A stretch of DNA of 64,000 nucleotides from Candidatus Woesebacteria bacterium (lineage in GTDB: Bacteria > Patescibacteriota > Microgenomatia > UBA8517). Position 1 is the first letter of the stretch; every line of letters begins with the position of its first letter. Where the stretch lies: positions 407,315 to 471,314 of the forward strand of contig CP055307.1 in NCBI GenBank assembly GCA_013374835.1, written 5' to 3'. This document shows, piece by piece, positions 56,675 through 64,000 of this stretch. The translations under genes were made by a program, and so were the position numbers. The notes beneath the pieces are model-generated. The model saw nothing but the letters and a program-made list of their open reading frames with translations, made no database searches and had not been told where the DNA came from.

Positions 56675-57194
56675 TTTTTTCTTTTTAGCTTTCGGAATTA
56701 TTCTTCTATCGGTTCCAATTTATTTTCGTATCCGTGAGTTTGGAAAGCTTTATGTTTCGCCGGATCGGGAAGCTATAAAGCAGACCGAAGCTATTACATA
56801 TAATCCTTATATTATTGAAATTGAGAAGATTGGTTTGAAATTGGAGGTTATTGAATCTGGCATTGTTGGCGGTGTGTGGGAGGTGTCTGATAGATACGCA
56901 AACCACCTTGATATTTCGGCGAATCCGGGAGGAGGCGGGAATATTCTCTTATACGCTCATAATAGGGATAATCTTTTCGGTCCTATAAAGTTTTTAAAAA
57001 AGGATGATTTAATCAAAATTCTTGACGCATCTGGAAAAGAGCATGCATATCGTGTTGAGAGCGCTTTTGAAACAGATCCTTCGGATGTAAAAATAGCCTC
57101 AAATACAGAGAGCGAAACGCTTACGCTTTATACTTGCAGCGGGCTTTTTGACAGGAAAAGATTTGTTATAAGAGCAGTACCTGAAAGTATGTAA
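56637..57194 (+). CDS. sortase family transpeptidase
   Basis: N-terminal TM, His motif LLYAHN, TLYTCSG (TLxTC active-site Cys), and a conserved Arg in RFVIRAV. Confidence 0.8.
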   Translation: MSDELLPKIKKTNFFFLAFGIILLSVPIYFRIREFGKLYVSPDREAIKQTEAITYNPYIIEIEKIGLKLEVIESGIVGGVWEVSDRYANHLDISANPGGGGNILLYAHNRDNLFGPIKFLKKDDLIKILDASGKEHAYRVESAFETDPSDVKIASNTESETLTLYTCSGLFDRKRFVIRAVPESM

Positions 57195-57265
57195 TCTAAA
57201 TTACTGATAGTTTTTTTGTTATTGAATAGTGTATAGTGTATCGAGAGAAAGGAGGTGATAAGAAT

Positions 57266-57751
57266 ATGAAGAAAGTATTAGCAGGTTTAGCTGCAAGCAC
57301 CCTCCTTTTGGTGGTTGCTGCACCGGTTAGTGTGATGGCTTGGGGCGGATTTCCTTTTCCTTGGCCTAATCCCACACCTGAGCCAACAACAGAAGCCGTT
57401 GTGAATAACAATGCTTATGTTAAAAATGTGGTTGACACATATGCCGGTTCTGGTGGCAATTCAGTATCCGGCTTCCTTAACAAAGGAGTTATTAAGACCG
57501 GTAATGCGTGGGCATATGCTGATGTAGCAAATACTGTCAACATGAATGCTTTGGGATGTAATTGTTACAACGATCTTACGATAAATAACAGAGCAACTGT
57601 TAAGAATTATTTAGATACTACTGCAAAAACGGGACACAATTATGTTGGCGGCAGCTGGGTTAACGGTTTTGTTAAGACCGGCGCTGCAGATGCAATGTCT
57701 GTTGTTGAGAATATGGTGAACACCAACATGGTTGGTGTATCAGCTGACTAA
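57266..57751 (+). CDS. secreted protein with two ~45-aa GGN repeats
   Basis: Strong SD AGGAGGTGA. Signal peptide, then PTPEPT, then repeats NNAYVKNVVDTYAGSGGNSVSG...KTGNAWAYADVANTVN and NNRATVKNYLDTTAKTGHNYVGG...KTGAADAMSVVENMVNTN. Confidence 0.6.
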   Translation: MKKVLAGLAASTLLLVVAAPVSVMAWGGFPFPWPNPTPEPTTEAVVNNNAYVKNVVDTYAGSGGNSVSGFLNKGVIKTGNAWAYADVANTVNMNALGCNCYNDLTINNRATVKNYLDTTAKTGHNYVGGSWVNGFVKTGAADAMSVVENMVNTNMVGVSAD

Positions 57752-57764
57752 ATTCTCTTTTTTG

Positions 57765-57788
57765 GAAGGGGGTTATTGCCCCCTTCCG
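57765..57788 (+). terminator. rho-independent terminator (GGAAGGGGG-TTATTG-CCCCCTTCC)
   Basis: 9-bp stem; T-rich downstream. Confidence 0.6.
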
Positions 57789-57821
57789 ATTGAAATTTTT
57801 AATAAGTATAGAAATATTTGA

Positions 57822-59765
57822 ATGAATGAAAAGCTGAAACGAAAAATATCAATTTTAGTTATATTTACTCTTCTTTTTGCGCGCACAACTCCTTATGCAA
57901 TATATGCTACTGAAACTTTTGATACCGAACCTCAAACCGTTGAAACAATTGAAGTAACTACTGAAGAAACTGCCGGGGAAACCGATGTGGTTATTGAGAA
58001 TGAAGCAGAGGTTATTGATGAGATTACAACAGAAGCCGAAAGCGGGGAGAATGAAATTGTTAGTGAAAGTCCTACGCCGTCACCCAGTCCGTCACCTACT
58101 TCATCCCCTGTCGCGGACGAGGTGAACTCTTCACCAACTGCTGAGGCTACTCCCAGCCCCAGCCCCAGTCCCAGCCCTACTTATTCTTCCCAAGTAGAAA
58201 CGGGAGACAGCATATCTTTCGTTGAGACCGAGAACCAAGTAAATTCTACGGAGGTAAATAGCGAGGTGGTTTTTAAGACTCTTAATATCTTTTTTGCAGA
58301 GGGGGTTAATTTGGCCATGGACTCATGGCCTTTGATAGAGGAGATTGTTTCAAATGGGGGCAAAGAGGAGATTATTAATGCAGTAATTCTTGAAAATAAT
58401 AATTATGCATATATTAGTAATGAAATAGTAAGTATTGCTGATACGGGTGGGAATACGGCTACGGGAAGTGCTGCTATCATTGAAACGGGGAATGCTTATT
58501 CAGTTGTATCACTTCTTAACCGCGTTAATACCACAATTATTGATTCGAAAATTTATATTGTTACGATTAATATTTTTGGTGAGTTGGATGGGGATATAGT
58601 CTTGCCCGATATTTTGGATAAAAAAGCTTGCACAGAGTGTGGGGGAGCTTTTGTGGATATTGAAAACAATGCCGAGGTTGAAAATGTTGTGACTTCAAGC
58701 GCTGATAGCGGCGGCAATACAGCAGTAGCTGAGGATGCGGATATTGATACGGGAGATGCTTTGTCCATTGTAAATTTAATTAGTGTGGTTAATTTTAATA
58801 TTTTGAATAGTTTTTTCAGGCTTCTTTATATTAATAATTTAGGTGAGTGGAGCGGAGAGCTTTTGGGCTGGGGAGATGAGGAAAGCTCAGTGGGTGGATG
58901 TACGGGCTGTGTAAAAGGGAGTGATATTGCCAATGAAGCTTATGTTTACAACAATGTTTACTCTTTTGCTAATACGGGCGGAAACAGCGTTTCTGGCGGA
59001 GAGGCAAGCATAAAGACCGGGAATGCGGTAAGTGCTGTTTCAATCGTTAATTTTATAAATACTACGATTAAGAATTCTTTAGGATTTTTGGGATTTGTGA
59101 ATATATTTGGGAAGTTTAGCGGGAATATTGGTACAATGAATGTACTTTATCCTTCCCCAAGTCCTTTTTCCGAGTCTGCGATTGGAGGTATGAGTTTATC
59201 TTCTGAAAGCATTAAAGAGGCTGGTGGAAAACTTGAGGTTTATCAGAAAAACAATGTAAATGATTTTGTTTATCCCGGGGATACTGTAACCTTTTTTGTA
59301 GATGTAAAAAATGTCGGAACAGGTAAGGTTTATGGAGCTACTTTGGTACTAAGCCTAATAAAAGACGGAGAGGATATGGGAGGCGGAATAATACCCATTG
59401 GGGATATTGAGGCGGGACGCGGGTTTAAAATAACCACTGGTCTTGTTTTATCAAAGAATGCACTGGCAGGGAATTATCTCGCGCATGCTGAAGTTTTTGG
59501 GATAGTAGGACCTGATGACAGTGAGATATCCGCTTATTCCGATAGCTTTTTTGAGATAAGAACTAAAGGTGGGTTGGTTAATAATTTAGTCAAAAACGGC
59601 GAGGAGGAGGCTCTGCCTGTTGCTAGTGCAAGCGAGGGGCAGGTATTAGGTGCGGCTTCTACGGTGAAGAAAGATTATATGATTTACTATGTGCTTCTTC
59701 TTATGCTTACGAGTGCATACTTGTCTAATTGGTATAAGATGAGAGTAAAGGAGGGCGTCTTATGA
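57822..59765 (+). CDS. large surface protein: acidic/PS-rich linker, three or more GGN repeats, a CARDB/DUF11-like domain, and a C-terminal TM anchor
   Basis: Repeats ...IADTGGNTATGSAAIIETGNAYSVVSLLNRVNTTI, ...SADSGGNTAVAEDADIDTGDALSIVNLISVVNFNI and ...FANTGGNSVSGGEASIKTGNAVSAVSIVNFINTTI; DTVTFFVDVKNVGTGKVYGATLVL (CARDB-like); C-terminal YMIYYVLLLMLTSAYL. Confidence 0.6.
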   Translation: MNEKLKRKISILVIFTLLFARTTPYAIYATETFDTEPQTVETIEVTTEETAGETDVVIENEAEVIDEITTEAESGENEIVSESPTPSPSPSPTSSPVADEVNSSPTAEATPSPSPSPSPTYSSQVETGDSISFVETENQVNSTEVNSEVVFKTLNIFFAEGVNLAMDSWPLIEEIVSNGGKEEIINAVILENNNYAYISNEIVSIADTGGNTATGSAAIIETGNAYSVVSLLNRVNTTIIDSKIYIVTINIFGELDGDIVLPDILDKKACTECGGAFVDIENNAEVENVVTSSADSGGNTAVAEDADIDTGDALSIVNLISVVNFNILNSFFRLLYINNLGEWSGELLGWGDEESSVGGCTGCVKGSDIANEAYVYNNVYSFANTGGNSVSGGEASIKTGNAVSAVSIVNFINTTIKNSLGFLGFVNIFGKFSGNIGTMNVLYPSPSPFSESAIGGMSLSSESIKEAGGKLEVYQKNNVNDFVYPGDTVTFFVDVKNVGTGKVYGATLVLSLIKDGEDMGGGIIPIGDIEAGRGFKITTGLVLSKNALAGNYLAHAEVFGIVGPDDSEISAYSDSFFEIRTKGGLVNNLVKNGEEEALPVASASEGQVLGAASTVKKDYMIYYVLLLMLTSAYLSNWYKMRVKEGVL

Positions 59766-59997
59766 GAAAAGTTTTTAAGAATGTAAATTGGCCAGGGAGA
59801 GTAATGTTTTTATTTATCTTAGCTGTTTTTTCTGTCTCCTTTTATAAAGTGATGGAGTACTTTATTAGGATAATTAGTTAATGTCCAATGGTTGATGATT
59901 AATGGGATTAGTTGTGATTTCCTAATTTGAAAGATAGTATGTTTGATTAGCTTAGAATTTTTGTTTGTTTGTTTCTTATAGTTTTAATCGATATCTA

Positions 59998-60026
59998 TTG
60001 ACAGGGTTTTTTTAATAGAGTATATT
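59998..60026 (+). promoter_or_regulatory. sigma70-type promoter TTGACA-N17-TATATT upstream of the TasA-like gene
   Basis: Exact -35, 17-nt spacer and a TATATT -10, located 117 nt upstream of the ATG at 60143. Confidence 0.5.
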
Positions 60027-60090
60027 AATCTTGTTTAAGCTAGCCCTAAGTAATATGTTAAGATTTTATACTTGGGAAATATGGTAATAG

Positions 60091-60113
60091 AGCCGCCAAA
60101 GGGCGGCTTTTTT
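60091..60113 (+). promoter_or_regulatory. leader hairpin-terminator (GCCGCC-AAAG-GGCGGC + T6) between the promoter and the RBS; candidate attenuator
   Basis: Perfect 6-bp GC stem followed by TTTTTT, 10 nt before the SD GGAGAAGGAGGTG. Confidence 0.5.
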
Positions 60114-60142
60114 GGTGCTTAGGGGAGAAGGAGGTGATATAA

Positions 60143-60742
60143 ATGAAAAGAATATTAGTGAGCTTAATGATGATTACCCTTGTTGCTACACTAGCAGTTG
60201 GATCAACCAGAGCTTATTTTCTAGATACGGAAGATAGTAGTGGCAACACATTTTCTTCAGGTTCCTTAAATCTTACTTTGGATGGAAATAATGGGACTTC
60301 GGTTGTTAAGTGGAATTTGAATAATCTAAAACCCGGTAATCAGCCAAAGGGTACATTTAACCTTGCTAATACTGGAAGCGTTTCTGGTTATTTAGATCTT
60401 GAAAATATTGTCGTCACAAGTTATGAGAATGGGATTATTGAGCCCGAGTCTGCCGACGGTGACAGTTCGAGCTCCGAAGGAGAGCTTGAAGACGTACTTA
60501 ATTTACGCCTATTTCATGATTTAGATTGTAATGGATGGATTGGAACAGGAGAGAGCACGTTCTTTAATGGTAAGGTAGGTACTATCGCTTCTAATTATGA
60601 TTTAGATATTTTAATTCCTGCTGGCGGTAGTACTTGTATTACTGGTATTTATGATTGGTGGGACACTGCTGACGACAATAAGGCGATGACAGATTCGTTT
60701 GTTTTAGATATGACTTTTGAATTGAGACAGTCGGCAGATTAG
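60143..60742 (+). CDS. TasA/CalY/camelysin-family protein with a SipW-cognate-type signal peptide
   Basis: MKRILVSLMMITLVATLAVGSTRAYFLDTEDSSGNTFSSGSLNLTL...NLNNLKPGNQ...FNLANTGSVS parallels the B. subtilis TasA N-terminus (AAFNDIKSKDATFASGTLDLSA...NLSNLKPGDK...FENNGSLA). Confidence 0.75.
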   Translation: MKRILVSLMMITLVATLAVGSTRAYFLDTEDSSGNTFSSGSLNLTLDGNNGTSVVKWNLNNLKPGNQPKGTFNLANTGSVSGYLDLENIVVTSYENGIIEPESADGDSSSSEGELEDVLNLRLFHDLDCNGWIGTGESTFFNGKVGTIASNYDLDILIPAGGSTCITGIYDWWDTADDNKAMTDSFVLDMTFELRQSAD

Positions 60743-60796
60743 TTTTGGTTTATAGGTTGTGCAAAATAATTAATTTGCACAACCAAATAAGCTTAA

Positions 60797-62365
60797 ATGA
60801 AAAAAATTACTAATATAATTTACTGGCTTGTTTTTTTGTTTCTTGTGCTTATTGCCGGGCTTACAAGCCTATCTACTTTTGATTTTGCCGGAGGGTATCG
60901 GCTTTATAACGTATTGTCCGGATCGATGTCTCCTACGATCCCTACTGGAAGCATTGCTCTGGTGGGCCCTGTTTCTAATTACAACAAGGGGGATGTTGTT
61001 ACTTTTAAGTCGGAGGCAGACCGTAATGTAACAAGACCTAAAAACACTACAACACATAGGATTGTGGATATAAAAGATGAGGGGGGCGTGGAGAGATTTG
61101 TTACCAAAGGTGATGCGAATGAGACGACGGATCCGGAGAGTATTGACCGCGGGCTTATTATCGGTAAAGTTTATTTCCATCTGCCGCTATTTGGATATGC
61201 CGTAAATTTTGCAAGGACACAGATTGGACTTATTGTTTTAATTATTATTCCTGCAACTATTATTATTTATAGCGAGATGGTAAGCATTAAAAACGAGGCA
61301 AAAAGGCTTATTGTTGAGAGGCGAAGCCGTAAGCTTTCTTCACGGGAGAAGATTGTGGAGGCAATCGGTGAGGAGGAAATAAAGGCTGAGCGGGGAATTA
61401 AGCGCTTTTTTAAAAGATATGGTATCTTGAAAGTTCTTTTTTTGACTTTTGGGGTAATAAGCTTTAATACCGCGACAAGCGGGGCTTATTTTACATCACA
61501 GGTAGTTCTTTCGGGGAATAGCTTTTCTGCGGGATACTGGGAGGATGATGTAACAGGCGTGGTGATAAATGAGGTTTATTATGACGTGGGCAGTGCTTGT
61601 GGTAATGACGGGGGAGCAAACCCAGATGAATGGGTCGAACTTTATAACAATAACAGTTTTGATGTGGACCTTAAAGATTGGAGTTTGACTGATAATAATG
61701 ATACGACAATTATTCATAGCAACTCTGTTTTTGTTCCGGCACACGGATATGCTGTGATTTCAAAGTCTGCAAATACTTGGAGTAATGGGTGTTTTGATCC
61801 TCCCTCTGGTGCTGTGCGCGTTTATACAGGTCAAAGAATCGGTAACGGGCTTGCTAATGGCGGAGATCGGCTAATACTTAAAGATTCGACAGGGCTTGAG
61901 GTAGATGCTGTAAGCTGGGGTAGTGACTCTTATGCTTTTGGTAGTGGTAATGGTGTGGTTTTGACCGGGGATGGCAAATCAATGGCAAGAAAAACGGCTG
62001 GTGTTGATACTGATTCTGCCACTGATTGGGAGATACTTGATAGTCCAAATCCAGGGACAAATCCGCATAGTACAATTGAAACAAACCTTGATCTTTTTAG
62101 AGATGGAGCTAATTTAGGCTTTAGCGTGACCGGTAGTGGAGTAGCTAAATTTGAAAGATATGAATATATTATTACTTATGATTCAGATGCGGGAAAGCAG
62201 GGAATTGAGGGAAAGGGCGAGATTTTAGGGAACGAAATAAAAGTACAGGGGATTTATCTTGGGCTTTGCTCGGATGTTTGCGTGCCTTATGGGGATATCC
62301 GGAATATAGTCTTAAAGGTGCGCCTTATTGGAGATGTGGTTAGAAGCTTGATGATTAATGGCTAA
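60797..62365 (+). CDS. SipW-type (ER/archaeal-type, S26B) signal peptidase fused to a C-terminal TM + SipW-cognate-like motif + lamin-tail-domain extension
   Basis: N-terminal TM, SGSMSPTIPTGS (Ser nucleophile box), HRIVDI (His). Then a second TM, then SGAYFTSQVVLSGNSFSAGYW, then the LTD-like VVINEVYYDVGSACGNDGGANPDEWVELYNNNSFDVDLKDWSLTD. Confidence 0.7.
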   Translation: MKKITNIIYWLVFLFLVLIAGLTSLSTFDFAGGYRLYNVLSGSMSPTIPTGSIALVGPVSNYNKGDVVTFKSEADRNVTRPKNTTTHRIVDIKDEGGVERFVTKGDANETTDPESIDRGLIIGKVYFHLPLFGYAVNFARTQIGLIVLIIIPATIIIYSEMVSIKNEAKRLIVERRSRKLSSREKIVEAIGEEEIKAERGIKRFFKRYGILKVLFLTFGVISFNTATSGAYFTSQVVLSGNSFSAGYWEDDVTGVVINEVYYDVGSACGNDGGANPDEWVELYNNNSFDVDLKDWSLTDNNDTTIIHSNSVFVPAHGYAVISKSANTWSNGCFDPPSGAVRVYTGQRIGNGLANGGDRLILKDSTGLEVDAVSWGSDSYAFGSGNGVVLTGDGKSMARKTAGVDTDSATDWEILDSPNPGTNPHSTIETNLDLFRDGANLGFSVTGSGVAKFERYEYIITYDSDAGKQGIEGKGEILGNEIKVQGIYLGLCSDVCVPYGDIRNIVLKVRLIGDVVRSLMING

Positions 62366-62389
62366 TGGTTTGTAGTAGAATGGTAATTA

Positions 62390-64000
62390 ATGCGAAGAAT
62401 TTTAGCTCTTTTTATTTTTGTTTTATTTTTTGGGTTTGTAAGACCGGTCCAAGCTTCGCTTGGTGGGTATGAGGTGAGGCGGTTTGAGGCTGATATTTCA
62501 CTTACTAAGGATACTTCTTTTTTGATTACTGAGCGGATTGATGTTAATTTTTTGGAAAGCAGACATGGGATTTACAGGGAGATACCGAGTATTTATAGGA
62601 TTGATGGTAGAAGGATTAACAGCAAGCTTTCGGTCCAAAGCGTTACAAATGAGCTGGGGGTTAAAATCCCTTATAAGGTTAGTAAATCGGGAGATTATGT
62701 TTCTATAAAGATAGGCGATTCTCAAAAAACGGTTTTGGGAGAAGTTTCTTATGTGATTACTTATAGGATTAAAAATATTTTGGTCGAGTACGATGAACAT
62801 TATGAACTTTACTGGAATGTGGTTGGTAGCGGTTGGGATGCTCCGGTTGAGAATGTAACCGCTAATGTTATTTCTGAATATGCTGGAATAGTAGATACCC
62901 GATGTTATAGCGGCAAGAGCGGGTCTAGTAAGGAGTGTACTTCTCGGATTGTTAATGCTCAATTGGCTAGCTTTTTAACAGAACAAACACTTGGCAATGG
63001 GCGGGATATGAGCATTGTAGTAGCTTTTGATAAGAATAATGAGCTAGTTTTTCCGGGGTTTATTGAAAGGTTTACAGAGAAATTTATTAATATTTTTGGG
63101 TATTTAGCCGCTCCTTTGGGCCTTGTTTATATATTATTTTTTTGGTTTAAACATGGTAGGGACAAGAGATATTTGTCAGATAGTGTTTATTACGAGCCGG
63201 ATGATAAATCTACTAAAACGGTATCTATTTTTAAGAGGGCACATTTGCCGACCTTTTATCACCCCCTTGATAACGTTACTCCCGGGGAGTTGGGAACTAT
63301 CATTGATGAACGTGTGGATATAAGGGATGTGGTTGCCGAGATAGCCGAGCTTGCAAGGCTTCGTTTCCTAAAAATGGAAATTGTTACCAAGAAAAAATTT
63401 TTGGGCAAGAGTACGGACTATAAATTTATTAGATTAGAAAAGGATACAAAACCCCTTCGGGATTATCAGAAATATTTGTATGAAAAGCTTTTTGAGAGCG
63501 GGGATGAGGTTCTTTTAAGCTCGCTTGAGAATAAGTTTTATAAGCATTTGCCTGAGTTTAAAAAGAGGATTTATGAGCAAGTGGTGAAAGCCGGATATTT
63601 TCCCACAAATCCCGAAAGAGTGAGGATTAAGTGGTTTTTTAAATTGGTCGTATTGGAAGTTTTTTTGGCGTTTATAATATATTGGTTTTATAGTTTGACC
63701 GGGAATTATTTACCTTTTATTGTTTTTGGGATTTTTAGCGTTATTTCTTTTCCTATTACCTTTTTGATGCCGAGAAAGACTGCTGCGGGGTATGCTGTAC
63801 ACAGGCAGGGTAAGGGACTTGCTTTTTATGTTAATAAGGGTAAGTGGAGGCATGAGATAAATGAAAAGAGGTTATTTTTTGAAGATATGCTTCCGCTGGC
63901 GATTTCTTTAGGGGTAACTAAAAAACTTGCAAGCGAAATGAAAAAGCTTGGAGTTTCTCCGCCTTCTTATGTTGGGGGAACAAATGCTATTGTTCTTGCG
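62390..64000 (+). CDS. DUF2207 domain membrane protein (3' truncated by the window edge)
   Basis: Signal peptide MRRILALFIFVLFFGFVRPVQA, extracellular domain (YELYWNVVGSGWDAPVENV), then TM, a cytoplasmic region, and more TMs. The ORF is open to position 64000. Confidence 0.6.
   Translation, partial: MRRILALFIFVLFFGFVRPVQASLGGYEVRRFEADISLTKDTSFLITERIDVNFLESRHGIYREIPSIYRIDGRRINSKLSVQSVTNELGVKIPYKVSKSGDYVSIKIGDSQKTVLGEVSYVITYRIKNILVEYDEHYELYWNVVGSGWDAPVENVTANVISEYAGIVDTRCYSGKSGSSKECTSRIVNAQLASFLTEQTLGNGRDMSIVVAFDKNNELVFPGFIERFTEKFINIFGYLAAPLGLVYILFFWFKHGRDKRYLSDSVYYEPDDKSTKTVSIFKRAHLPTFYHPLDNVTPGELGTIIDERVDIRDVVAEIAELARLRFLKMEIVTKKKFLGKSTDYKFIRLEKDTKPLRDYQKYLYEKLFESGDEVLLSSLENKFYKHLPEFKKRIYEQVVKAGYFPTNPERVRIKWFFKLVVLEVFLAFIIYWFYSLTGNYLPFIVFGIFSVISFPITFLMPRKTAAGYAVHRQGKGLAFYVNKGKWRHEINEKRLFFEDMLPLAISLGVTKKLASEMKKLGVSPPSYVGGTNAIVLA

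Noticed and set aside
58140-58180. The microsatellite-like tract cccagccccagccccagtcccagccc, and similar PT/PS-coding repeats at 10500-10575, 20430-20540, 46590-46620, 46920-46975, 53540-53700 and 56100-56220
   Set aside because: They encode Pro/Ser/Thr-rich interdomain linkers within ORFs (SPSPSPSP etc.) and are not non-coding tandem repeats or mobile-element features.
59762-59878. A 38-aa hydrophobic mini-ORF (MRKVFKNVNWPGRVMFLFILAVFSVSFYKVMEYFIRIIS) starting at the ATGA overlap with the stop of the large surface-protein gene
   Set aside because: No SD and no supporting signal beyond hydrophobicity. It may be real, but it cannot be supported from sequence alone.
1-64000. Transposases, integrases, phage genes, toxin-antitoxin pairs and CRISPR-cas
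   Set aside because: No ORF has recognisable DDE/tyrosine-recombinase/serine-recombinase motifs and no direct-repeat/spacer arrays were seen. The accessory character here comes from the surface-protein islands, not from mobile elements.

Overview
This is an AT-rich (roughly 35-40% GC by eye), gene-dense bacterial chromosomal segment, with most genes on the + strand. TGA is used as a stop codon and a full-length RF2 is present, so the standard bacterial code applies, not the UGA=Gly code. The backbone is housekeeping: NUDIX fragment, Asp/Glu racemase, ABC-2 exporter, RRM protein, lon, tRNA-Glu(CUC), greA, lysS, serS, rarA, secA, Crp/Fnr regulator, a membrane-anchored Clp-type ATPase, prfB, ftsE-ftsX-M23 peptidase, tsaE, a truncated tsaB, galE, truB, uppP and dgkA. 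Gram-positive-type envelope genes are also present: a sortase, an LAXTG substrate, an L,D-transpeptidase and a PAP2 phosphatase. The truncated TsaB, several gene remnants and the many small proteins suggest a reduced-genome (CPR/Patescibacteria-like) organism; that is an inference. Two accessory islands stand out. The first (9.1-20.6 kb) is a co-directional array of six secreted or membrane proteins, each ending in a duplicated dockerin-like Ca-loop module whose 3' ends are near-identical at the nucleotide level. It is followed by three cohesin-like proteins: one cohesin+dockerin adaptor, one membrane cohesin, and one cohesin with a PT-linker and an LPXTG-like anchor. Together this is a cellulosome-style cohesin-dockerin display system carrying non-cellulolytic cargo (a PQQ sugar dehydrogenase, a DUF362-like protein and unknowns). 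The second island (57.2-62.4 kb) holds a TasA/camelysin-like protein with a SipW-cognate signal peptide. Next to it is a SipW-type signal peptidase fused to a lamin-tail-domain extension. Upstream lie two surface proteins sharing a ~45-aa GGN repeat, a consensus promoter plus a leader terminator, and a recurring 15-nt motif. No CRISPR array, transposase or integrase was found.
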